Positions 28,465 through 38,258 are shown, numbered from the stretch's first letter. The stretch is DNA of 64,000 nt from an uncultured Acetatifactor sp. (GCA_947588705.1 CANPYT010000001.1:65096-129095); one strand, 5' to 3'. A program made the numbers and translations. Notes: generated by a model not told the origin, from the letters alone.

Positions 28465-28841
28465 AAGAGTTATCAGAATATCGCATGGCAAGAGCGAAAG
28501 AAATGCTGATGGCCGCTGAAAGTAATTTGGAGATAGGACAATATAAAACATCTCTGAACAGGTCATATTATGCAGTTTTTCATGCGATGCGTGCAGTTAA
28601 TGCTTTGAAAAAGTATGATTCTTCCAAACATTCAGGTGTGATAGCTTTTTTTACAAAAGAATATTTGAAGACAGAGATTTTGGATAGAGGTTTGGCGGCT
28701 ATCATTAAAGAGAGTTCTCTGTGCAGGGAAAAATCGGACTATGATGATTTTTATGTAGCGGGAAAAGGAGAGGCAGAGGAGCAGCTTAAAAATGCAAAAT
28801 ATTTTGTGCAGAAGATTGAGGAATATATTATGAGTATTTGA
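28449..28841 (+). CDS. HEPN-domain protein (TA partner of MNT)
   Basis: 16-nt overlap with the MNT gene. Helical HEPN pattern (AKEMLMAAESNL, SLNRSYYAVFHAMRA, REKSDYDD). Confidence 0.75.
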   Translation: MEGSLKELSEYRMARAKEMLMAAESNLEIGQYKTSLNRSYYAVFHAMRAVNALKKYDSSKHSGVIAFFTKEYLKTEILDRGLAAIIKESSLCREKSDYDDFYVAGKGEAEEQLKNAKYFVQKIEEYIMSI

Positions 28842-28862
28842 ATGATTGAGGGTGCAGGTTGA

Positions 28863-29057
28863 ATGAGAATTGCAATAAAACGTAAAGGCGCATTTTGGGC
28901 GGTGTGGGGATCGACGATGAATGATTATATAGAATATCAGCGGTCTGTGGCGTTAGAATTTCAGGCATATAAAAATAGAGTCCGCAATATGGTTGGCAGC
29001 TGCCACTGGGGTGAAGATGGACGATACAAAGAATTAGAGATACGAATAGAGATATGA
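28863..29057 (+). CDS. Short ORF, probably a truncated gene fragment
   Basis: ORF only (64 aa). Ends abruptly before the duplicated antitoxin leader. Confidence 0.25.
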   Translation: MRIAIKRKGAFWAVWGSTMNDYIEYQRSVALEFQAYKNRVRNMVGSCHWGEDGRYKELEIRIEI

Positions 29058-29104
29058 AAGACTAAAAGGGATATTGATGCTGTTAAAAGGATAATATAAA
29101 GGAT

Positions 29105-29182
29105 GAAAATGGGGTGCTAAATGAGAGATTATCTGTTATGCTATAATGGTAGACGGGAAGGTGCGCATGAGTACGCTTAAAG
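29105..29182 (+). repeat. Antitoxin leader and first four codons, orphan copy 2, fused to the cotH 3' fragment
   Basis: See the partner at 23110. Here the ATG-AGT-ACG-CTT is followed directly by the 313-bp repeat. Confidence 0.8.
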
Positions 29183-29190
29183 TGTTTTTC

Positions 29191-29503
29191 CCGGGGCCTA
29201 TTTGCGGGACTGTGAAAGATGGCCGGAAGGCACTTACGCCGACAACGCCCAGGGGCTGGACGTGTTCAGGAAATATGTGGCGGACAGATTAGCGGTGATG
29301 GATTCCTATTACAAGAAATCTGTTCCCGCAACGCATATCTCCCCCTGACCCCTCATAAGATGTAAAAAACATTCTTAAGGGCATCCCTATGAAAGAATAT
29401 ATTGAGGAGCGGGCTATCAGTATTGCCAATTATATCATTGACAGTAATGCCACGGTTCGTCAGACGGCGAAAAATTTTGGAGTAAGTAAGAGTACGGTAC
29501 ATA
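29191..29503 (+). repeat. 313-bp direct repeat, copy 2 (orphan cotH 3' fragment plus the start of intact spoIIID)
   Basis: See copy 1. The cotH-derived part (29191-29348) has no upstream reading frame. Confidence 0.9.
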
Positions 29504-29652
29504 AGGATGTAACCGACCGGCTCATGCAGATCAATCCCGCTCTGGCAAAACAGGCCCGGCAGGTGCTGGATGTAAACAAATCGGAACGCCATATTCGAGG
29601 GGGCATGGCGACAAAAGAAAAATATCTGCACAGGCAGCACCCGGAAGAGTGA
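29389..29652 (+). CDS. spoIIID: Stage III sporulation protein D (mother-cell transcription factor)
   Basis: 87 aa. MKEYIEERAISIANYIIDSNATVRQTAKNFGVSKSTVHKDVTDRL... is the canonical SpoIIID HTH. Confidence 0.9.
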   Translation: MKEYIEERAISIANYIIDSNATVRQTAKNFGVSKSTVHKDVTDRLMQINPALAKQARQVLDVNKSERHIRGGMATKEKYLHRQHPEE

Positions 29653-29660
29653 AGAAAAAA

Positions 29661-29710
29661 AGACCAAAATACAGATATGGCCTCATATCTTTGTATCGAG
29701 GTCTTTTTTC
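29661..29710 (+). terminator. Rho-independent terminator after spoIIID
   Basis: Long imperfect hairpin AGACC...GGTCT followed by TTTTTT. Confidence 0.65.
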
Positions 29711-29819
29711 GTTGTATTCTGGTTTACATTTTCTTCTATTCGAGATAAAATAGAACAGAGCTGTGAGCGCACAGCGTCTCATGGCTTATACTCGAATAAA
29801 AACTGCGAAGGACAAGGAT

Positions 29820-31157
29820 ATGCTGTATTCAAATCAAGATCTGAAGAAACTGATCATTCCGCTGGTGTTTGAGCAGCTTTTGGCTCTCCTGGTGGGCCTG
29901 GCGGACACGTTGATGATTTCCGGCGTGGGCGAAGCTGCCGTGTCGGGGGTATCTCTGGTCGATACGATCAATGTACTGATCATCAACATTTTTACGGCTT
30001 TCGGCACCGGAGGCGCCGTTATTGCAGGCCATTATCTGGGGAAAAAGGATCGTGAGGATGCATGCAGGGCGGGATGGCAGATCCTGCTTTTCTCCCTGCT
30101 CAGCTCGCTGGTAGTGACAGTGATCTTTATCCTGTTCCACAACGGCCTGCTTGAGCTGATCATCGGGAGGGTGGAACCGGCGGTGATGGACAATGCCAAA
30201 TCTTATCTTGTTGTGACGGCGATCTCCTTTGTGCCATTGGCCGTATACAATGCCTGCGCCGGGCTGTTCCGCACGATGGGAGATTCCAAGACGACCCTGT
30301 ATATTTCGGTGTTTATGAACATCCTGAACGTGATCGGAAACGCCGTCCTGATCTATGGGGCCGGAAAGGGAACGCTGGGAGCCGCGATATCCACCACATT
30401 TTCGCGGACAGTGGCTGCGGTTATCATTTTGGCTTTATTATTTGACGATAAAAGGACGATCAGTTTTAAAGGCCAGGTGACATTACGGTTTCGGGTGGAT
30501 ATGCTGAAAAAGATTTTGTACATAGGACTTCCCAACAGCCTGGAGAACAGCCTGTTCCAGCTGGGCAAGATCCTGACGATCAGCATGATCTCCACGATGG
30601 GAACTTATGCTATTGCGGCAAATGCAGTGTGTAATACGCTGGCATCTTTCAATGTTTTGCCGGGTTCCGCCATAAACAGCGGCATCGTGGCGATCGTGTC
30701 CGTGTGCGTCGGGGCCGGGGAGACGGAGCAGGCCCGGTATTACACGAAGAAGCTGATGAAGCTGGCGGAGCTCTGCGTGATCCTTATGTCGGCGCTGATC
30801 ATTGCGGGGTCCGGCTGGGTGATCTCGTTTTACCACTTGAGCCCCGAGGCATCCAAGCTTGCCCGGGAAGTGCTCACTTATCACGCGGTGATGGTGATTC
30901 TGGCCTGGCTGTTGTCTTTTTCGCTTCCCAATACCTTCCGGGCGGCGGGAGACGTGGTCTTGCCAATGGCGGTCGCTATTGCGTCCATGTGGATTTTCCG
31001 GCTTGGCTTTGCCTATCTGTTGGGAATACATATGAAGATGGGGCTGATGGGAGTGTGGATCGCCATGACCATAGACTGGGTATTCCGGGCAATCTGTTTC
31101 GCAATACGTTTCAAGGGACATAAATGGGAGCGGAAAATGATAGGAGGAAAGGCATGA
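29820..31157 (+). CDS. MATE-family efflux transporter
   Basis: 12-TM profile. N-terminus LIIPLVFEQLLALLVGLADTLMIS is typical of MATE. Confidence 0.85.
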   Translation: MLYSNQDLKKLIIPLVFEQLLALLVGLADTLMISGVGEAAVSGVSLVDTINVLIINIFTAFGTGGAVIAGHYLGKKDREDACRAGWQILLFSLLSSLVVTVIFILFHNGLLELIIGRVEPAVMDNAKSYLVVTAISFVPLAVYNACAGLFRTMGDSKTTLYISVFMNILNVIGNAVLIYGAGKGTLGAAISTTFSRTVAAVIILALLFDDKRTISFKGQVTLRFRVDMLKKILYIGLPNSLENSLFQLGKILTISMISTMGTYAIAANAVCNTLASFNVLPGSAINSGIVAIVSVCVGAGETEQARYYTKKLMKLAELCVILMSALIIAGSGWVISFYHLSPEASKLAREVLTYHAVMVILAWLLSFSLPNTFRAAGDVVLPMAVAIASMWIFRLGFAYLLGIHMKMGLMGVWIAMTIDWVFRAICFAIRFKGHKWERKMIGGKA

Positions 31158-32479
31158 CGGAAGAGGGAAAAAAGCGCTCTGAGCTGGCGGCCCGGGTGCT
31201 TGCCCTGTCCAGGGATGCGCTTTTGGTGCGGCTGCGCTTTTTTGACGCGGCGCTGGCCCAGCTCGTGCCTGTGGAGAAAAAAGAACTGGAAGGTATGGCA
31301 ACGGACGGCGAGAGCTGCTTCTATGACCCGATTTATGTATTGAAACAATATCAGGAAGAGCCGAAGCTTGTGAACCGGCTGTATCTGCACATGTTGCTGC
31401 ACTGTATTTTTTCGCACAGTTTTCAGTATGAAAGGCTGGAGATAGACAAATGGGATCTGGCTGCGGACATAGCGGTGGAAAATGTGATCCTGGAGCTGGG
31501 GCTGGAGAGTACGGCGCTGGAAAGGGATGCGGAGGCGGCGGCAAAGCTGAAGATCCTGCGGGAAGATGTGGGGCCGCTGACGGCGGAGCGGATCTACCGT
31601 TATCTGGGCCGCACATCGCTGACAGAGGGAGAAATACGGGAGCTGCGCAGCCTTTTTGAAAAGGACAGGCATATCTACTGGAAAAAGGCCATGCAGCCGG
31701 AGGTGACTCTGGAACAGTGGAAGAAGATCAGCGAGCGGGTAAAGGCGGATCTGAAGTCCTTCACCAGGGCGGGAACAGGCACTGAGATCCTTGAAAAAAA
31801 TCTGGAGGAAACTACGCGGGATCGGTATGATTACAGTGAGATCCTGCGCCGGTTTACGGTCATGGGGGAGAACCTGGCTGTGAACGACGACGAGTTCGAT
31901 TATGTATATTATATGTACGGGCTGGGGCAATACGGCAATCTGCCTCTGATCGAGCCTTTGGAGTACCGGGAAGAGAACAAGGTGAGGGAGTTCGTTATTG
32001 CCATTGACACTTCCGCTTCCTGCAGGGGGCCGTTGGTAAAAGCTTTTTTGCGGAAGACCTATTCGATCCTGAAAAGCAGTGAAAACTATTTCCGCCGTGT
32101 GAATGTACACATCATCCAGTGTGACGATCGGGTGCAGAGCGATACGAAGATTACCGGCGAGCAGGATTTTGAAACCTTTATTCGATACGGAAAACTGACG
32201 GGATTTGGCGCTACGGATTTCCGGCCGGTGTTTGAGTATGTGGAGCAGCTAAGGGCCCAGGGCGAATTTGAAAATCTCAAGGGATTGATCTATTTTACGG
32301 ACGGATACGGTATTTACCCGGAGAAAATGCCGGATTATGAGGTGATCTTCGCCTTTTTGGATGAGGATGAAAACCGGGCTCCGGTTCCGGCCTGGAGCAT
32401 GAAGGTAGTGTTGGAGAGCGAAGAGCTGGAACAGGAGGAAAGGGAGAAAGAGGATATTCATGAACATCAGGCAGGCTAA
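31154..32479 (+). CDS. DUF2201-type protein: metallopeptidase-like N-domain plus VWA-like C-domain
   Basis: LYLHMLLHCIFSH (HxxxH-like). MIDAS-like IAIDTSASC and downstream YFTDGYG. The start overlaps the MATE stop (ATGA) and follows AGGAGG. Confidence 0.7.
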   Translation: MTEEGKKRSELAARVLALSRDALLVRLRFFDAALAQLVPVEKKELEGMATDGESCFYDPIYVLKQYQEEPKLVNRLYLHMLLHCIFSHSFQYERLEIDKWDLAADIAVENVILELGLESTALERDAEAAAKLKILREDVGPLTAERIYRYLGRTSLTEGEIRELRSLFEKDRHIYWKKAMQPEVTLEQWKKISERVKADLKSFTRAGTGTEILEKNLEETTRDRYDYSEILRRFTVMGENLAVNDDEFDYVYYMYGLGQYGNLPLIEPLEYREENKVREFVIAIDTSASCRGPLVKAFLRKTYSILKSSENYFRRVNVHIIQCDDRVQSDTKITGEQDFETFIRYGKLTGFGATDFRPVFEYVEQLRAQGEFENLKGLIYFTDGYGIYPEKMPDYEVIFAFLDEDENRAPVPAWSMKVVLESEELEQEEREKEDIHEHQAG

Positions 32480-33974
32480 GGAATACATTAAAAATTCCGT
32501 GAATCTTTATTTAAAAAAGGATGAGTATGGGGAATACAGGGTATCCGTAGTGCGGCAGCGCCCTATTTTCCTTTTGGGGGCGCCGGGTATCGGCAAGACG
32601 GCGATCATGGAGCAGATCGCCCAGGAGATGGGGATCGCGCTTGTCTCTTACTCGATGACACACCATACGAGGCAGTCGGCGCTGGGCCTTCCCTTCATCA
32701 CGGAAAAGGTCTACGGCGGTCAGCCGGTCCAGGTTTCTGAGTATACCATGAGCGAGATCATCGCTGCCGTGTATGACACCATGGAGGCCAGCGGGATCAG
32801 GGAAGGTATCTTGTTTCTGGATGAGATCAACTGCGTGTCGGAGACTTTGGCGCCGGCCATGCTGCAATTTCTGCAATATAAAGTGTTCGGGCGCCATAAA
32901 GTGCCGGAGGGATGGGTCATTGTCACCGCGGGGAACCCGCCGGAGTATAACCGCTCGGTGCGGGAATTTGACGTGGTGACATTGGACCGTATGAAAATTT
33001 TGGAGGTGGAGCCGGATCTTGCCGTGTGGAAGGAATATGCCGCCGGAAAACGCCTCCACGGGGCGGTAGTCAGTTATCTCGACCTGAAAAAGGATCAGTT
33101 TTACTGTATGGAGATGACGCCCAAGGGGCGCAGTTACGTAACTGCCAGGGGCTGGGAGGACCTGTCGGAGATCCTCAGCCTGTATGAGGAGGAACAGCTG
33201 CCGGTAGACGAGACCCTGGTAAGCCAGTATCTGCGAAATGATAGGATCGTCCGGGAGTTTACTGCCTATTATGATCTGTATAACAAGTACAAAAAGGACT
33301 ATCAGATCGCGGATATTTTGGAGGGCAGGCCGTCCGGACAGGCGATCGCCCGGGCGAGGGCCGCGGCTTTTGACGAGCGGCTTTCGCTTCTTGGCATGTT
33401 GCTGGACCGGGTGCAGGCGGATATGGCCCAGGTGATGGAGCAGGCGGATTTCCTGTCAGATCTGCGGGGGCCGCTGCGGGGGCTTGACCAAAAAGCGGCG
33501 GATATGGAGGCCGGACAGGTAACGGAGACCTTGGGGCAGCAGGCGGAGGGGCGGAGAAAGCTTTTGGGAAACCTGCAGACGGCAAATTCACTGTCCGATG
33601 CCGACCGAAAGCGGCACCAGGCTGTGATCCGTTTTTTGGAAGAGGGCCGGAAGGAACTTCTTTTGAAAGAAGCTGCCACAGGGGAAGAAGCCTGCGGGAT
33701 AGTGAAGAAGCGCTATACTGACCGTCTGAAGCGTCTGAAAGAAGAAGCGGCCAGGGTACAGGAGGAGCTTCACTCTCTGTTTTTGTTTGTAGAGGAGGCG
33801 TTTTCCCAGGGAAACGAGCTTTTGATCCTGGTGACTGAGCTGACAGTGAACGATGCGGGCGCCCGGTTCATCGCGGCTTTTGGAAGCGCGGATTATCAGA
33901 GGCACAACCAGGAACTGATGCTGAGCGAACGAGAGGATGAGATCCGCTCCAGCATCGCGGAGCTAGGGCTGTGA
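32460..33974 (+). CDS. MoxR-like AAA+ ATPase with long coiled-coil C-terminal region
   Basis: Walker A LLGAPGIGKTA and Walker B ILFLDEINC. 20-nt overlap with the preceding gene. Confidence 0.8.
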   Translation: MNIRQAKEYIKNSVNLYLKKDEYGEYRVSVVRQRPIFLLGAPGIGKTAIMEQIAQEMGIALVSYSMTHHTRQSALGLPFITEKVYGGQPVQVSEYTMSEIIAAVYDTMEASGIREGILFLDEINCVSETLAPAMLQFLQYKVFGRHKVPEGWVIVTAGNPPEYNRSVREFDVVTLDRMKILEVEPDLAVWKEYAAGKRLHGAVVSYLDLKKDQFYCMEMTPKGRSYVTARGWEDLSEILSLYEEEQLPVDETLVSQYLRNDRIVREFTAYYDLYNKYKKDYQIADILEGRPSGQAIARARAAAFDERLSLLGMLLDRVQADMAQVMEQADFLSDLRGPLRGLDQKAADMEAGQVTETLGQQAEGRRKLLGNLQTANSLSDADRKRHQAVIRFLEEGRKELLLKEAATGEEACGIVKKRYTDRLKRLKEEAARVQEELHSLFLFVEEAFSQGNELLILVTELTVNDAGARFIAAFGSADYQRHNQELMLSEREDEIRSSIAELGL

Positions 33975-33996
33975 AGCGAGGAAGAGGAACGGAAAG

Positions 33997-34881
33997 GTGC
34001 AGGAGAGGGAGCTGGCGATTCCGGGAGGAAGCCTATATTATATCACGGAACAAAATAAGGTGACGGTCACGCGGTTTCAGGGGAATGCCGCGGAAGTGCG
34101 TGTGCCGGAGCGCATAGAGGAGACGCCTGTGGCCGCCGTGGGAAAGAAAGCTTTTCTGAGCAGAAAGGACCTGCGCAGGGTCACGCTTCCGGAGACGCTG
34201 GAAGAACTGGGAGACTGGGCTTTTGCCTATTGTGACAATCTGCTGCAGGTGACGCTGCCGGGAAAGCGGATCCGTTTTGGCAGGGCGGTCTTTCTGGAAT
34301 GCGCGAAGCTTGAACAGCTGGAATGCGGGCGGGGGCGGCAGGTAGCGGAGCTGATGGCTGCGGCGGTGAGAAGCTTTGGCGCGTACTACCTGCTGGATCT
34401 GGCGGAGGCGGGAAGCGGGGAATGGCTGGAAAAATGGGATGCCAGGCTGCGGGATGTGCTTTATGCCCCGGACCGGGAGGGGTATTCCAGGCAGGTGCTT
34501 TGCGGCGAGGAAGATTATGGCAGCACGGACCTTGGGGCGTATGTAAATGGCCGGAGGAAGGAAAAGGTCCGGCTTGCGCTGCTTCGCTGCCTGCGGCCCA
34601 TGGGGCTCTCCGAAGGGTTCCGGAAGGAACTGGAAGGGTATCTGCTGGCCCATACGAAGGGCGGCGAGAGCGCTGAGACATGGCAGGTGATCCTGGAAGA
34701 GCACGGGGAGCACCGGGAGTATTATGAGCTTTTTGCCCGGCTTGGCTGTGTGCGGAAGGAAAACCTGGACGGGATCCTGACGGACATTGGCCAGGCCCAT
34801 CCGGAGATGAAGGCGTTTTTCCTTCGATGCCAGCAGGAACAGCCGGGAGGGAAAAATTTCCTGGACGACCTGGAATTATAG
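33997..34881 (+). CDS. Leucine-rich-repeat (BspA/LRR_5-type) protein without signal peptide
   Basis: Repeats VGKKAFLSRKDLRRVTLPETLEELGDWAFAYCDNLLQVTLPGKRIRFGRAVFLECAKLEQL. GTG start. The C-terminal half is helical. Confidence 0.65.
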   Translation: MQERELAIPGGSLYYITEQNKVTVTRFQGNAAEVRVPERIEETPVAAVGKKAFLSRKDLRRVTLPETLEELGDWAFAYCDNLLQVTLPGKRIRFGRAVFLECAKLEQLECGRGRQVAELMAAAVRSFGAYYLLDLAEAGSGEWLEKWDARLRDVLYAPDREGYSRQVLCGEEDYGSTDLGAYVNGRRKEKVRLALLRCLRPMGLSEGFRKELEGYLLAHTKGGESAETWQVILEEHGEHREYYELFARLGCVRKENLDGILTDIGQAHPEMKAFFLRCQQEQPGGKNFLDDLEL

Positions 34882-35018
34882 GGTATTTCTTGTTTTTTTT
34901 CTTAATTTATCCAGGCCAAAGTTGAAGAACCGGAAGAATTTTGCTATACTGGGCCTTGACGCAAAGAGCGTGAAGGATTAGTTGACAGGCTGTCTCGGAC
35001 AGCAGAAAAGAGGGGGAT

Positions 35019-36245
35019 ATGACATTTGCCCAGGCAAAGGAAAAGTTAGAGAAATACGGGCAGGAGCACCTGTTGAAGTATTATGACGAGCTTTCCGCAC
35101 AGGAACAGGATATGCTGCTCGCCCAGATCGCTGCCACGGACATGGAGATACTGGAAGCGTGCAGGCACAGGGAGGAGCTGTCGAAGAAAGGTGTGATCAC
35201 GCCCCTTGCGGCAATGCAGCTGCCGGAGATCGAGGCGAACCGGGAGGAGTTTACCGCTATAGGGCTGGATGCCATTCGCGCGGGGAAGGTGGGCGCGGTT
35301 TTGCTGGCGGGAGGCATGGGGACACGCCTTGGATCTGACGATCCCAAGGGAATGTTCAATGTGGGCATGACCAGGGAGCTGTATATTTTTGAATGTATCA
35401 TTCATAATCTGCTGGATGTGGTGACGCAGGCGGATACCTGGATCCATCTGTTTATCATGACAAGTGACAAGAATCACGAGGCCACTGTAAAATTCCTAAA
35501 GGAGCACCGTTTTTTCGGATACCGGGAATCGTTTGTCCATTTCTTTACTCAGGAGATGGCGGCTGCTACGGATTATGAGGGAAAGATCTTCCTGGAGGAA
35601 AAGGGAAAGCTCTCCACCTCTCCCAATGGAAACGGCGGCTGGTTTATATCGATGAAGAAGGCAGGGCTTCTGGAGATGGCGCATGAGGAAGGGATCCAGT
35701 GGATGAACGTGTTCGCGGTGGATAACGTGCTACAGCGGATCGCGGATCCCTGCTTTGTCGGCGCCACCATCCGGAAAAACTGTGTGGTGGGAGCCAAGGT
35801 GGTGAGGAAGAGTACGCCGGATGAAAAGGTCGGCGTCATGTGCCTGGAGGACGGCAGGCCCTCTATCGTGGAATATTATGAGCTTACCAGGGAACTTATG
35901 GAGGCAAAGGATGAGAACGGAGATCCTGCTTACAATTTTGGCGTGATACTGAATTACCTGTTCAGCGTGGCCGAGCTGGAGAGGATCCTGGAGCAGCGCC
36001 TGCCCCTGCACATTGTAGAAAAGAAGATCCCGTACCTGGACGAGGCGGGCGAACAGATAAAGCCTCAGGAGCCTAATGGCTATAAGTACGAGAATTTAGT
36101 GCTGGATATGATCCACCAGATGGAGAGCTGCCTTCCCTTTGAAGTGGTGCGGGAAAAAGAGTTTGCCCCGATCAAAAACAGGACGGGGGTGGATTCTGTG
36201 GAGAGTGCCAGGGCGCTGCTCCAAAAGAACGGCGTACAGCTTTAA
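35019..36245 (+). CDS. UDPGP type 1 family nucleotidyl-sugar pyrophosphorylase (UDP-GlcNAc/UDP-hexose)
   Basis: LLAGGMGTRLGSDDPKGMF signature. Confidence 0.8.
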   Translation: MTFAQAKEKLEKYGQEHLLKYYDELSAQEQDMLLAQIAATDMEILEACRHREELSKKGVITPLAAMQLPEIEANREEFTAIGLDAIRAGKVGAVLLAGGMGTRLGSDDPKGMFNVGMTRELYIFECIIHNLLDVVTQADTWIHLFIMTSDKNHEATVKFLKEHRFFGYRESFVHFFTQEMAAATDYEGKIFLEEKGKLSTSPNGNGGWFISMKKAGLLEMAHEEGIQWMNVFAVDNVLQRIADPCFVGATIRKNCVVGAKVVRKSTPDEKVGVMCLEDGRPSIVEYYELTRELMEAKDENGDPAYNFGVILNYLFSVAELERILEQRLPLHIVEKKIPYLDEAGEQIKPQEPNGYKYENLVLDMIHQMESCLPFEVVREKEFAPIKNRTGVDSVESARALLQKNGVQL

Positions 36246-36343
36246 AAGATTCAAAGATATAACATAACGACAGGTTTCACTAACAAAAGAGTATTGATAA
36301 ACCGGGAGTTTTTGAGTATCCTTTTATTCAACAGAAAACATAA

Positions 36344-37346
<1,003 letters not shown>

Positions 37347-37348
37347 TG

Positions 37349-37999
37349 TTAGGCGACATATACGTACATAAAGATAAAGTGGCAGATGCTTCCCGCCATG
37401 ACGAACAGATGAAACACTTCGTGGGAGCCGAAGCCTTTGTGCCTTGAGTTAAAGAGCGGGAGTTTCAGGGCGTAGATAATGCCGCCCGCCGTATAGATCA
37501 GGCCGCCGGCCAACAGCCACAGAAAAGCAGCCGTGGGAAGGGTGGAGAGGAGCTGGCCAAAGACCAGCAGGCACACCCATCCCATGGCGATATAGATCAC
37601 AGAGGAGAACCACTTGGGACAGGTGATCCAGCAGGCTTTGACCAGCATCCCCGCCAGGGCGATGCCCCAGACCAGGGCCAGCAGAGTATAGCCTGCGCTC
37701 CCTCCCAAAACGATAAGACAGACGGGAGTATAGGAACCGGCGATAAGCACAAAAATCATCATGTGGTCCAGTTTGCGGAAGACCGTCAGGGGCCGTCCGG
37801 AGAGATTCACCGAGTGGTAAGCGGCGCTGGCGCCGTAGAGCAGGATCATGCTTGTCATGAACACTGCCATGGAAGTGAAGTTCAGGCTTCCAGAGCGGAC
37901 GCCGGCCTTTACAAGCAGCGGCACCGCCGCAAAAACGGCCATCATCATTCCGATGAAATGTGTAATGGCGCTTCCGGGTTCACGGATCGTTATCTGCAT
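37349..37999 (-). CDS. Hemolysin III / PAQR-family membrane protein
   Basis: 7-TM profile. C-terminal HEVFHLFVMAGSICHF motif. GGAGGA SD before ATG 37999. The track start at 38167 is an extension. Confidence 0.85.
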   Translation of the reverse strand: MQITIREPGSAITHFIGMMMAVFAAVPLLVKAGVRSGSLNFTSMAVFMTSMILLYGASAAYHSVNLSGRPLTVFRKLDHMMIFVLIAGSYTPVCLIVLGGSAGYTLLALVWGIALAGMLVKACWITCPKWFSSVIYIAMGWVCLLVFGQLLSTLPTAAFLWLLAGGLIYTAGGIIYALKLPLFNSRHKGFGSHEVFHLFVMAGSICHFIFMYVYVA

Positions 38000-38258
38000 A
38001 AAATCTTCCTCCAGTCTAAAATACTTGCACGGGCATCTGGCGGATACAGCCAGGGGCGCTGTGTGCCGATGCCACGCATTATGCGCCGGCCAAAGCGGAT
38101 GCGGCCATGATGGCGATAGCATGTGCAGCTTTCCAAAAACTATACGACAAAGCAACAAAAAACACATGTTAAAAATAAAATACGCAAGATGTAGTTTTCA
38201 AAACTACATCCAGGCAAAATGATAGTACAACGGATCCGTGGAATTGTCAACAGGAAAA

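Noticed and set aside
29349-29388. Sigma-E promoter for spoIIID in the 40-nt spacer (TCATAAG … CATTCTTA)
   Set aside because: The spacing and the match to the sigma-E consensus are too uncertain by eye. The real promoter probably lies inside the cotH 3' coding sequence.
22962-29503. Prophage or integrative element call for the accessory block
   Set aside because: No integrase, excisionase, transposase, or conjugation or phage structural genes are present. Only repeats and TA cassettes are there, so it is reported as a mosaic block rather than annotated as a mobile element.
29740-29756. A third occurrence of ATAAAATAGAAC, which might have been another W-type junction or att site downstream of spoIIID
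   Set aside because: Only 12 nt match, and the flanks do not. The motif coincides with a plausible -10 box (TTTACA-17-TAAAAT) for the MATE operon.
38041-38110. Possible extra degenerate copy of the intergenic repeat (GGCGCTGTGTGCCGATGCC…CCAAAGCGGATGCGGCC)
   Set aside because: Only short GC-rich stretches match, and the characteristic AATGGCGCGGGCTGAAC end is absent. I cannot tell it from chance by eye.
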